Part shown: piece by piece, positions 17,601 to 31,169 of the stretch
Layout of the letters: the number at the start of each line of letters is the position of its first letter
How positions within the stretch are numbered: the first letter of the stretch is position 1
Assembly: GCA_013265495.1 (NCBI GenBank)
Contig: MU058718.1
Coordinates: 2,108,001-2,172,000, forward strand
Source: Vicugna vicugna
Taxonomy: Eukaryota
DNA: 64,000 nucleotides
Direction of reading: 5' to 3'
Notes under the pieces: generated by a model
Database searches by the model: none
Told to the model about the DNA's origin: nothing
Seen by the model: the letters and a program-made list of their open reading frames with translations, nothing else
Position numbers and translations under genes: made by a program

Positions 17601-20600
17601 TCTTTTTCATTTAAATTAATTTGAAACGAGTTTGTTAGCTTCTATACTCAATGTTTTGTCACTCTTAATACAGCCAGTGCTATGAACACTCGGATCCACT
17701 TATTTGAATGTGGTAAATCTCCATCAGGCTAATGAAAAGGGAGTAGTTCAGGTAATCCAAAATGGCTACTTCAGAAGTAGATTATTTTTTGTTTGGAGTG
17801 CATTGTGGATACACCCTGCATATGAGTATTTTAGCAGACTTACCTGTCTGGGTGTCTTGTTCAGGTCAGTTTAAAAAAGAGTTTTTGTTAGTCAGGTTGG
17901 CTGGGCCATGGAGGAAAAGCTTGATCATTTGTTGGGTGGTGGGTGGAAATAAGCCCAGGCTTAAAACTTAGAGGCATCTTTGAAACAGGTTATACTGGAG
18001 GGATGTCCTTTGACTCTCAATGCTTCCTGTACTCCAGGCTTGTCTGAATAAAGCATGGGGACCAAAGGGTGTTTCACATTGGTTGCCATACTTTGGGTCA
18101 TTTAACAACAATTTAAAGTTCTAGCAAAACCAAGACTTTAAAGCAGAAACAGCTCTTAGCATTCCATGCCCTTCGAATGGTGCCTGCTACCGAGTACTAT
18201 CCAGCAGAGAGCCTTCTGTGTTTCTCTGCTTTCTTCAACAGAGTTGTCCCAGGCTACTTTGTCAATGAATGAATGTTTCTCTCTCTTTTTATTTTAATGG
18301 TCCCAAAACACAATAAAATTAAGGGCAACTAAAGTTCTTTGCCAAATAAAGCACATTTTGAGCACTTTTAAAAGATACTTCACATGAGTATGAGGAATAT
18401 AGTCTTACAGTGCTTTGGGGGAAAAATGATAATCTATGGTAGGGCTGGAGTTGTTGGGACACAAGGAAACTGTTTAGAAAGTGTTTTTGTTTTGTGTTTC
18501 ATTGCAAAATAAGGGTATCTTTAACCAGAGTAGCCAGAGAATAGGTCAGTGTTATTTTCTTTCCTTTTGCCTTTTACATTTTGGTATTTGGTTCAAACCA
18601 ATCAGAGTCCATGGAGAAAGTAATTGAGGCTCCCTCAGAGCTAACTTTTGGCTCTATTGGGGCGATAGATATAACATTTTTGGAGAATTTTAAAGACAAA
18701 GTTGGACTTTTTTTTTCTTATTCATTTAAAAAAAAGGTAGATTGCTTTGGGGAGTAGTAAGATCCCTTTCACTGGAAGTATTTAAGCAGTGGTAGAATAA
18801 TAATAATGATCACCATTTACTGGGTGCTTATGTCATTTTATCCTGATATCAGCTCTTTGAGATGAGAACTATTATTATTTCTATTTTGTACTGAGGCCTA
18901 GAGAGGTTAAAAAGCTTGGCGAATGTCAGCAACTAGTAAGTAGCACTGATAAGATTCGACCCTAGAAGGCCTGACTCCTGCGGCCTGCTCACTGTTGTTA
19001 CACGCTGCCTCCCGTTGAGGGTGTAGAGGAGGGATTGGTGTGTTGCTTGGAAGAGAGCTACAGAAGGCCTTCTAAAGCTTTCCAACTCTTAAGATACCAG
19101 ACTTTCAACTGGGTGATGTTATGTGTTAGGCCTGTCTTGGTCCTTATACCTACCCTCCCTCAACAAAGGCCTTTTCACCGGCTACCTATTAGGTTGGCCC
19201 CTACCGGAGGCTGATTATCACCTGACGCCTAGAGCAGTGAGCTTCAGACTTCAGCATGAATCACTCGCTTTGTGTGTATTTTGGGGGTGCAACTTTAAAA
19301 AATTCAGATTCCTATGGTAGGGCCAGAGTTCTGTTTCGCTTTGGGAGACAGTGTAGTGGTTGCTTTAGCACCACTACAGCTGTAGCACAGTCTGAAGGGC
19401 AGCATCAAGCCATCCTTACAGATCGGCAGCCCTCTTTTGGCCTTATTTAGATCATAGATAAGACTTTGCTTTGTTTCAGAGGCTCTGCCTTGGGTGAATT
19501 AACTGGATTTCTGCCTTAGACTTTTCCTGAGCCTCTATTCTGGTAACATGCCTGGTTCTCTAATTTCTAGAACTGGGCCTGGCATCATACCTGTCAGACT
19601 TCCTTCCAGGGATCAGGTTATGCTGCCTGTTGGCAGGCTTCTCTGAATGGTCCCATGGCTTGGATTTCCAAGTATCTTCCTGCCCCTTCTTTGCTGGGCT
19701 GTCTCCATCCAATGAAGCTCCTGCCAGCCCCTACCAGTTTAGCTGCCCTGTAACCTGGCATTGTAGTTGGTAATACGTCCTACTCAGTTTCTAAGATAAG
19801 GGGCAGAAGATTGTTAAATCCAGCATTGTCCTGCCTTCTCTTCTTTCGAGGCCTCTAGGTTATAAGCCATCTGTGCTCTGGAAAGAAATCTTGCATTTCT
19901 TTCTGGTCTGGGGCTTCTTATTGCTCCCTTTGTAATTAGGATATGGGGGGGGGTCAGCAGAATGTTGGACACAAGGATTGTTTGCCTTTGTTGCTTGCTT
20001 TCCTTGCTCTGCAAGGGCATTCCTGCCACTGTGTGTCTGGGGCACTGAGCACCACCGTAGGTGACATGGAAGTACATAGTTATAAGTAGACAGTGTGTAT
20101 CTACTATTTTTAGAAATACAGTGCTCAGCACTGGGAGTACAAGTCTGGAAGACAGATTTTTACCTTGAAAATGAACTCCTCAGGAGGAAAAATGGATTGC
20201 TTTAATCCCTTCCTCTTAAGTTTTTTTTTTTGCATGTTTTCTCTTTTTGTGGTCTAATGTCTCTGTCTGGCTTGTATCCCCTTGGCCTTTGCATTTTTGT
20301 GCCTGTAATTTTTTGTATAATAATATGTATCCAAGGATAGAAACATTAGCTTATTTTATGTTCTTAGAAGTTTTGCTTCTAAGGCTCAAAAGAAATAGAT
20401 GTGAAAAATCAAGTGATCTAGGGTAGAAACACTTTTGTTTTGTTGGTACCCAAAATTAGGACTCTAAGATTATTGTACACTCAGAGAATTTTTAGCAGGA
20501 AACAAGGACACATTTGCATACGAAATGAAAGCAGTTATAACAGTGACAAAATATGTAAATCATATTTCTAGAAACTGAATTCTTTAGTCCAAAACAAATA

Positions 20601-21449
20601 GGATTAGGCAAATTGGTAAAACAAAAAACAAAAACAAAAACAAAAAGAAACCCCAACGTAGCCCTTAAATATTGCGGTCATCATCCAAAGTATTCTTATC
20701 TCTCAGGTGAGAAATTTCCATTACTGTTTTGTGATGTTCTAAAAAGATAGTGTAGAATTTTGTATATTCCAAAAGGAAGACACCTAAATTCAGTATTTCA
20801 ATATATATATATTTTTTGGTGGGGGAGGTAATTAAGGTTTTATTTATTTATTCTTGAAGGAGGTACTGGGGATTGAACCCAGCATCTCATGCATGCTAAG
20901 CATGCACTCTACCACTTGAGCTATACCCTCCTCCAATAAAGTATTCTCAAGATACATGCACCCCAATGTTCATAGCAGCACTATTTACAACAGCTAAGAC
21001 ATGGAAACAGCCTAAATGCCCATCAACAAGTGACTGGATAAAGAAGCTGTGGTATATATATATGATGGAGTACTACTCAGCCTTAAAAAAGAATAAAATA
21101 ATGTCATTTGCAGCATCATGGATGGACCTGGAGATTGTCATTCTATGTGAAGAAAAGCAGAAAGAGAAAGAAAAATACCATATGATATCACTTATATGTG
21201 AAATCTAAAAAAAGACACAAATGAGCTTATTTACAAAACAGAAACAGATTCACAGACATAGAATACAAACTTATGGTTACTGGGGGGAAGGGGGGTGAGA
21301 CGGGATAAATTAGGAGTTTGAGATTTACAGATACTAAGTACTATATATAAAGTGATAAATAACACATATAGCACAGGAAACTATATTCAATATCTTGCAG
21401 TAACCTATCATGGAAAAGAATATGAAAAGGAATGTATGTGTGTGTATAT

Positions 21450-21488
<39 letters not shown>

Positions 21489-24400
21489 TGACCGAAACAT
21501 GCTGTACACCAGAAATTGACACAACATTGTAAACTGACTATACTTCAGTTTAAAAAATGGAAAAAAACAAAGGCCAAAGTAAAGTAAAAGCAAACCCTGC
21601 TTAAAAAAAATTAAGTATTCTTTATTTGCTTCTTTACTAGTAGATTTTAAAATTATTTTTTGTTGCCAATAAGTCTCCCTAAAATATAATCCAAAGTAGT
21701 TTATAATGCACATATTCAGAACAAAGTATGATAAGGGTCTCTTTTCTGCAGCATGCTGTATATTAAAAAAATTAAAATTTTGTTAACTAAAAAAAATCAC
21801 AATGTATTTGTTACTTAAAGCAATGCTCAATTAGTTCTGTTAGGTGTTTGCCTAGTCCCAGTAAACATCTAAGAATTTTAGTTTCACAACTGATAATATT
21901 GTCTGATTATAATATGATTTCCCATTGCTTCTGATTATAATAGGACTTAATAGTTTGATTTAGTAAATACAGTTAAGTCATAGTTGTAAGCATTTGAAGA
22001 TCAGGATTGGCTTTGGGGTTAATTTGCTCAGTGTTGCTAATGATAAGTAATCTCTAAGCACCATTTCAAATGTATAAAAATATTTGAGGGTTGTTAGATC
22101 CTTACAATGAATTATTGTTTCTCTTATAAATTCAGTATTACTTCTTTTCATATGTCCACTGAGCTTGTCTCTGACCTACACGTCCTGTGGGAAACTAAAA
22201 TAAAGGAAAGACAGAGACAACTGAATTATAAGAATATTGAGTCTCAGGAAAGCCAAGGATGGGAGTGCAACTGGGCTTCAGGAAAGATGCGGGAAGTGGG
22301 AGCAGGCAAACCCCAGGGGATCCAGCTAGCATATGTTCTCTGTCTCTTATCTGTGCTTCTCTGTGTGTTTTTCAAAATCTTTCCTCCCTCTGCTAACTGG
22401 GTCACGTGTTCCTCCCTTCACTTGATGGAATATAGCCTGAGCTTACATGTTTACTGGTCTAGCAACAGGGGGAGACATCTCTCCTTCTTAGTCTCAATTC
22501 CAGATTACTGCAGAGGGCACCACGACCTGGTTTGGGTCAGATGCCCACCCCTGGTTGGACTTAAGGGGCAAGGTGACAGAGTAGCTGTGGGGAATCAACT
22601 CTTTGAGGAGGGGTTATCATTATGAGTTCAGTACACCGTACAAAAGGTATCCACTGGGTTCCTCTAGGTATATAGTAAGGGCAATAGCATTACAAGATGT
22701 GGTCATATCCTAGCTCAGAAAACTATGGGGAGGAGGGAGGATAAATGTTGGTTGGGTAGAGGGTTCTTTCATCATAACCATGTGAGGAAAAAACCCTGTT
22801 GCATCTATGACATTTTGATACAATATTCCATTTTCTTTGTAACAGGTTAGTGGTTACTTGGATGATTGTACCTGTGATGTTGAAACCATCGATAAATTTA
22901 ATAACTACAGGCTTTTCCCAAGACTTCAAAAACTTCTGGAAAGCGACTACTTTAGATATTACAAGGTATTTAAAAAATTTTTTTTGTATAGGAATACTTA
23001 AAGTTTAAATGGATAATTACATTTCCTTAGGAATTACTAAGCTTCAAAATTGTGCTTATTATTTAAAATTGACTAAGGCACCATTAGGAAAATACATTTG
23101 ACAGGAGTGAACCATGGGGTTCTGAAATGACCCATTGCTTTCTTTTAATTTCAATAACTGAGATTTGAACTCTAGAGTTAGAAATTAGTTGGTTAAATTG
23201 AATTTGGAACAGAAATTATTATATTGTTATCAAAGTTGTGAGTTGTTCATAACATTCTAAAACATCAGAATTACTCCAATTAATTAAAAAAATATTTTTG
23301 AGAAGAAGCATGACTTTATTCTGACCTGTATTATTTTAACAAGTCACTTGTGACAGTTTTTCTTGAGATAACTCCTGAAAGAATTTAGAAAATCTGATCA
23401 TTGGAGTATGTAGTTGCATTCTGACCTCACAATTATCTAACTCTCATCTATTACTTCTGTTAAAAGATTGTGAGTTGAGCAGTGATGATATGAGCTACTT
23501 TGGCTTCCATCTGTTGGGATCTGTTGAGGGTCTGCTTCGTAGCAGACTTTGTCTTTATAACCAAGGCTACCAATTTATTTGTATGAGCTACACATTTGTG
23601 CCATCACTGACACTTGACAAGTGGAAGAAATAGAACTGCAGCCGATAACATGACCATGTTATAATGTCATAATTCAACATCTGTCTATTGTAATCTCAAG
23701 ATTCTTATTTCTATTATTAATTTACAGGTAAACTTGAAAAGGCCATGTCCTTTCTGGAATGATATCAGCCAGTGTGGCAGAAGGGATTGTGCTGTCAAGC
23801 CTTGTCAATCGGTGAGAACAATGTATACATTTAAGAATCATTGCGTTTTTTCAAATAATTGCAATTTTTGAAAGGAGTCAGTATAATTAAAATAACATTT
23901 CAATCCTTTGGTAAAGTATAATGTTGTTCAAAATTAACATATTAAAATCTAAACTCACAAATATAAAACCTATTTTGAATTATCCTGCCTTCATAATAAT
24001 AGAATTTAAATTTTGTGGTTAATATAGTCCTTTGACTTATTAGTGAGATTAATAGTTCTTTTGGCTTAATATTTGTTTTTCTTCTTATATCTTACCTAGA
24101 GTTATGTTTGTAGTATAAAAAATGAAATTAATCAGGGTAAAAATCTCTTTCCTATTTTGTGGATGTATAACTTTCTTTGGATTTTGCTGGTTGGAGAGGG
24201 ACTGGACAAAACCACTGGCTTTATTTAGGAATTCTCAGAGCATTAAAATTTGATGTATTCTACTCTGAAAGAAGAGAATTTTATCCTTTCCAACGAAGTT
24301 TTTTTTTCCTTTAAAAAGTATATTTTTTTATTGTGATAAAACATGTATAACATAAAATTTACCATTTTATTTTAACCATTTTTAAGTGTAGGGAACTTCA

Positions 24401-27400
24401 TTGGCATTAAATACATTCACATTCTTAACCATCACCACCATCCAACTCTTGGACTCTTTCATCTTCCCAAACTGAAACTCCATGCTCAGTAAACAATATC
24501 TCCCTATTCCCCCATTCCCCCCCGCCTCAGTCCCTGGCAACCACTCTTACTTTCTTTCTCTGTGAATTTGACTATTCTAGGTGCCTCATGTAAGAGTAAT
24601 CATTACAATATTTGTCCTTTTGTGTCTGGCTTTTTTCACTTAGCATAATGTTTTCAAGGTTTATCCGTATTGCAGCAGGTATTAGAATTTTATTTCATTT
24701 AAAGGCTGAATAATATAATAGTATGTATGTACTACATTTTGTTTACCCATTTACCTGTTGATTGACTTTTGGGTTGTTTTCACCTTTTTGCTATTGTTAT
24801 TACTGCTGCTAGGAACATGGGTGTACAACTACATGTTCACACACCTACTTTCAGTTCTTTTGGGTATATACTCAGAAGTAGAATTGCTGGATCATTTAGT
24901 AATTCTGTGTTCAATTTTTTGAGTGACACCATACTATCTTCCACAGTGATTGCACCATTTTACATTCTTACTAGCAAAGCACAAGCGTTCCAATTTCTTC
25001 ACATCTTAGCTAACACTCGATATTTTCTGTTTTTTTGGATGATAGCCATCCTAATGGGTGTGAAGTGGTAGTGTCATTTTGAGCATTTTTTTGTGTTTGT
25101 ACATGTAAATATTGCTGTGTAGACCTATCTCACATGTGGAATTAAGGCAAATTCAAAATGTTATTTATGAGTATTTTATCATTAGGTGAATCAGAAGCAT
25201 ACTTTTAGTTCTATTAATCCTCATAGACACAGCTTTTTAAAAATTTAATTGAAGTATAGTCAGTTACAATGTGTCCATTTCTGATGTACAGCATAATATC
25301 TCAGTCGTGCATATATATATATACATATATTCTTTTTCATATCTTTTTCATTAAAGGTTATTACAGGATATTGAATATAGTTTCCTGTGCTATACAGAAG
25401 AAATTTATCTATTTTTATATATAGTGGTTAACATTTGCAAATCTCAAACTCACAGATTTATCCCTTCCCACCCCTTTTCCCCAGTAACCATAAGCTTGTT
25501 TACTATGTCTGCAAGTCTGTTTCTTTTGTAGATAAGTTCATTGGTGTCCTCTTTTTTCTTTGACACAGCTTTTTGAAAATTCAGGGATTAGCTTTTGAAA
25601 CATCTTGTGTTACTATGATTAAAGCATGAGTAGATCATTAAAATGATATCAATTTAAATGTTTCATTTTATTTCATTAGTTCCAGCATTCATATTTGGTA
25701 ATATGAAAAGTAGTTGGGGAAATTCAAATTTACCAAGTACTTCTTTTATGTGGCTTTTAAAAATTGCTAAAAATATGGTAGATACTTATAAAGGCATTTA
25801 ATTGCACTGGTACATTAAATGGGTTATTATTAACATTAGTCAGAACAAGTAGTTTTGCAGTTATTACAAATTTGAATCTCATCTTGAAATAGAATTACTT
25901 GTGATTATTGTTAATGAAGTCTAGAACTTGGGGATGCCACTTTAGGAGAAGATTGGAAGAGGCAGAAAAGCTGAGAGATGTTTAGCATAAAGTAATAGCT
26001 TGTTGATTTCCAGGTTGACAGACTGACAGATAAGAGCCATCTTATTGGAAATCCTAGAGAAAACAACCAAGTTAAGCATTTAATAAATGCTGAAACTTAG
26101 ATGTTTATTATTTGACTTGAGCACATAGAAGTGCTACCAAAGAGTCAGGTGAAAGCTAGCTGTTTGTTCTAAGACAATCTACTTATTTCACCTTCTGCAG
26201 AACTGGAACCAAGTGCCTTTCATGCCAATACTCTATCTCTTGAGCTGGTTTCTTGATGGAGAGAAGGCTTTTTCTTTAAAAGATAATTACAAGATGTTTA
26301 TTCATCTCAAAATGTTCTTCTTTATTAGTGTAGCAGAGTATAATGATTAGACCCAAGACTTAGAAAGATAACTGGTGATATTGTAGAGAGTGAGGAGTGG
26401 AAGATGAGGAGATGGAGGAGAGACTGGATAAGGAATAGCAGTTAGCAAGTGAATATAATTTGGTTCAGTAATGATTATTGTTTTGAGGGTTTACCAGCTG
26501 CCTGGACCTAGGCATGAGCACTTGTCTTGAGAAACTATGGTTTTAGTAGGTGAGAGAAATGCTAAGTGATCATTTCAATACAACTATGATAGGCCAAAAA
26601 TAGATATACTGTAGCTGTACACACTATAGAGAGCAGAGGAGAGGGACAGTAGATGAAAGAGGCAGCAAGAAATTCCACTCGTAAGAGACAGCAAGGGAGT
26701 GAGACATTTTCATTCCTTCTAGGACAAGCCTGGTTCAGTTCTAATAGTTCCTAGGTAGGGCAGTCTGTCGGAACTGAAGAGGAATTAAAAATCACTTCAT
26801 ATTCTTTTTCATTAAAGGTTATTACAAGGTATTGAATATAGTTCCCTGTATATATATGCATGACTGGGACATTAGGCGGTATACCAGAAGCTGATGCATT
26901 GTAACTGACTATACTTCAATAAAAAAAAAAAGTAAAATAAAAAATCACTTCTAAGAGTTGGAAATACTTGCTGCAGCCTAAATAATCAGTTTCATTTCTA
27001 GCATTTATATTGTGCATTACTGATATCTTGACATCTCGCTGTTGTATTTTTCATTATGCATCTAAAAAAAATGATGTTTCATCCTGAATACAGAGCAGTT
27101 ATCATACTTGCAACAATTAATAGTTTTTTTAATCTAAAATATATACAAAGTTAAACTCAGTTTAACTCACTACTTCAGACAGACTGCTGATGTTTTGTGA
27201 ATACTTTTTGGGCTAAACAAGGAACCAAAACCAGTTTCTTTTTTGTCAACATTTTGATTTCCTTTTTTAGTTCATATATAGACTTAGTTCAGGTTATACC
27301 CTGGGACTCAGAGGAAATAGAAACATAACAAAAATGGAAATTCTCTTCCTCATACTTGGGGCTTTAAAATCCATATCTTTTGATTTACACCCCTGATTCC

Positions 27401-30400
27401 GGTGAATAATTGAACGAGGTAGATTGCCCACAGAGGGTGGAATCTCTCTGTAAGTTGAAAGCCCAGTTATTTATTCCCTTTACAGTGAATCTGAGCAATG
27501 TTCTTTCAATTCTGTTATTAATTGGCCAATATGAAAAAGAATAACAATATCCAGTGTTAGTCTAGAAATAAGAAGTGAGCACTCTGGTGATTAAATCTTT
27601 TTGGAGATCAATTTGGCACATGTATCCAAAAATTAAATAGGTACATATCCTTGGACTTACCGATGCTACTAAGAATTTCACTTACTAAAGTAATTGGATA
27701 GATGTTCAAAGATGACCGTAAAGCAGTACTGAATGTTATAAAGATGCCACTTACGCTGAAATCAGTCTATAAATTTGGCTTGGCTTATTATATGAAAAAA
27801 TTGGACACCGTCTAAATATCTGGCCATAAGAAAAGAACACACATTGACCTAGTTGAAAATTGGGAAGGATATGCAATAAAGTGATTGCCTCTGGGTAGGT
27901 CCTTCCCTTTTGGGCATATGTAATCTATTTCAAGAATATACTTAGCATTGGAATAGGACCTTACAATTAACAGAGTTCTCCCATGTATATCATCTCTACT
28001 CAACAGCATCACTTTGAGGATAGGCAGGTAGGTCCTTTGTTATTAAGTGACTGACGCACAACTAAAAACCAGTACCATTTTCCTTCGAAAAGAACTAGTG
28101 CTCCTTAAAAAATGGTTGGTTCCAAGACTGGAACAAGAAATATATAAGATGAACCCAGAATATCTTGTCATAACAGAAAACAAAAAATGCTGCTGAAGAC
28201 TACTGAGGTACTATCAAAAAAGACACTGGTGCAAATATCAAGTCACCTCTTAGTGGATCTCCTAGGGGCCAAATGTGGGACAATTTGAGCATTAAAATTA
28301 AGATAAAAAATTAAATTAATAAGTTAAATGGTTAAGTGACTATTTTTACATTTCCATGCTATAATATAATGTATGCAACCCATAGCATTAAGTTGTTGAA
28401 TTTTTTGTTTACCTTTAATAAATAATATAAAAACTGCCTAACTATTCTCACTTAAAATATAACCTGTTAATTTCAATAATTTGTTCTGTGAATTTTTCTC
28501 GTAATCATAGAAATTTAAAATATTTTTTCAGAAGATAAAATAAATGTCCTCTAAATGCATTTAAACACTTTTTTCAGGATGAAGTTCCTGTTGGAATTAA
28601 ATCTGCGAGCTACAAGGTATGTACATATACTTATTTGTGTCTAATATTTAACAGAAACTCAAAAGATCTCGTTTCCCCTGCCAGCTACTCCCCCGCCTCT
28701 CTGTTCTCCTTTGCAGTGAAACCCCTTGAAAGTTATTTGTATTCAGTGGCTCTAATTCTTTTCTCTTTTTTTTTAACCTTTTATTATAGAAAGCATGAAA
28801 TATAAATAAAAGTAGAGGGGAAAAAGAACCATGTACCCATCACCCAGCTTCAGCACTTACCAATATATGATCCACCTTGTTTCATCTGCACCTTCCACTC
28901 CAGTCTCCCAATTATTTTAAAGCCAATCTGATATAAATCATTTCCCATCTACCATTATCTTACATAGCTTACATGTTTATCTCTGTCTCTCTCTTTTTTT
29001 TTTTTTTTTTGGTGAGAACATTTAAGTTCTACTCTCAGCAAATATCAGTGATACAGTAATAGTGTTATCAACTATAGTCACCGTGTTACACATTAGTTCC
29101 TGATCCTTTCTAGATGTACAGAAACTAAGCCTCTCTTTCAAATACAGTACATTAGATGACTGCTGATAAAGTAGCTGCCATCAGTCACAAATGGCTGGGG
29201 ACAGCTAACTCCTTACAGTCTTGGGAGGTAGGGGGAGAAGCACTGGACACGGCCGCGCTGCTGGTCTGGTGGAGTTAGCAGCCATTTGTACTGTGGCCTG
29301 TGTCGTACCTGTGACGTATCTTAAGCTGCCAGGCTGCCATTTGATTGGTCAGTGAGAAACCGAGAAATTAGAGGTCAAGCTTAGGAGAAACAGAAGATGA
29401 ACATTCCTGCATAGAGAGTGTAGTCTCTTTTTTTTTCAATCCTTTATTGCATAGTGTAAGTCAATGACTTATTACCACTTACTGCTTTAAAAAATTTTAT
29501 AACAATAAAATTTAAAATTTTCGTTTTAATATACATAGGCATATTAAAATACCTGTTATCTTTTGAACAAATTTTGTTGATTTTTTGATATATATTTTTA
29601 GCTTTTTATTTTGAAATAATTTCTAACGTATAGAAAAGTTGCAAGATTAGTATAAAGACATTCTGTACACTCTTTATACAGATTGACTCATTTCTGATAT
29701 TTTGCCTCATTTGTTTTGGCAGTTCTTTTCCATATACATATTCTTATTATTTTCTGAACCACTTGAAAGTAGGTTAAATATATCATATCCTTGTAGCCAT
29801 TAATACTTAATTATATATAAAAGAATTTTATTTTTGAAAATACCTTTTGAATTAAACTGTCTTTAGGTTGACTAATATAATGAAACAAAGTGGTAATACA
29901 GTAAATAAATATTTCAAAAAAGTATATTATTTCAGTTATTTTAGCGTTCCTTCTTATCCTCAAAAGTGTCCTAGTCTGGACAATCATACATATGGTCATC
30001 CTAACATAATAGGCACTCAGTTAATATTTGTTTTTTGTTCTTTGTTGGTTTTTTTTTTCTAAGTTGTTTTTTTTTTTTGTGGGGGGAGATAATTAGGTTT
30101 AATTATTTCTTTATTTTTAGAGGAGGTACTGGGGATTGAACCCAGAACCACGTGCATGCTAAGCATGCGCTCTACCACTTGAGCTACACCTTACCCCCCA
30201 ATATTTGGTGGGTGGTTGAATTTGTGGCCTTCTGCTTCCATTAGCATCTTTCAGCTGTGTGGTAGTGATGACTGGTGTGTTGTGAAATCTCATGATCCGC
30301 ACACACTTCCTGTGCCATGTACACAGCTAGCAGAATATATTTATATGCACACATATATACTACGTTTTATAATATTATAAATTGCAGAAATATATATGTA

Positions 30401-31129
30401 TATATTTATATAAAGTGACTTAGACATTGGGAAGAACTGCGGCTGTTAAAGAATATATTTTAAGCACCTAAAGATATTGGAGTACTTTTTATAAGACTTG
30501 GTAAGCTCCAGGGCATTTTTAGAATCATAGCATTTAGAGTTGAAATGGATCGTAGACACACATGATCTGGTCCATCCACTTATTTTATGGAAGAGAAAAC
30601 TGATGCTCACAAGTAGGTCATTAGAAAAGTTGGACGTGGCTTCATGGCTCCTTGCCGAGTGACTTCCTCAACCTCAAAGATTCTCTTCGTGGACATTTTG
30701 ATAATGAGTTATCAGACTATAACCTATTCTTTATTTTGTGGACATAATAGTAAGTTATGTTCTCTAACAAAACAAGGGGCAAAAAAGCCTTTTAGTTATT
30801 TTTTTTTTAGTATCAGGAGGAATGTGGGACTTTTTTTTTTTTTTAAGTTTTGAAGACAAGGTGACAGGGCCAGGTATAAAAGAACCTCCAATTCCTTTGA
30901 AATTCTTTTTAAAATTTTTTAAAAATGCAATACATTGACTTCTACTTATTTCCCTTTTGTTTCAGTACTCTGAAGAAGCCAATAATCTCCTTGAAGAATG
31001 TGAGCAAGCCGAACGACTTGGAGCTGTGGATGAATCGCTGAGGTCTGATGTGTTTTAAAGCAGTATTTTATTTTATTTTATTTTATTTTATTTTATTTTA
31101 TTTATTTATTTATTTATTTATTTATATAT

Positions 31130-31169
<40 letters not shown>

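Noticed and set aside
20966..21208. Uninterrupted L1 ORF2 C-terminal reading frame as a possible domesticated gene
   Set aside because: Only 80 aa of a 5'-truncated insertion; an open frame this short is explained by the young age of the copy.
22107..22625. 172-aa intronic ORF
   Set aside because: No recognisable domain or splice context; probably overlaps a decayed MaLR-like repeat.
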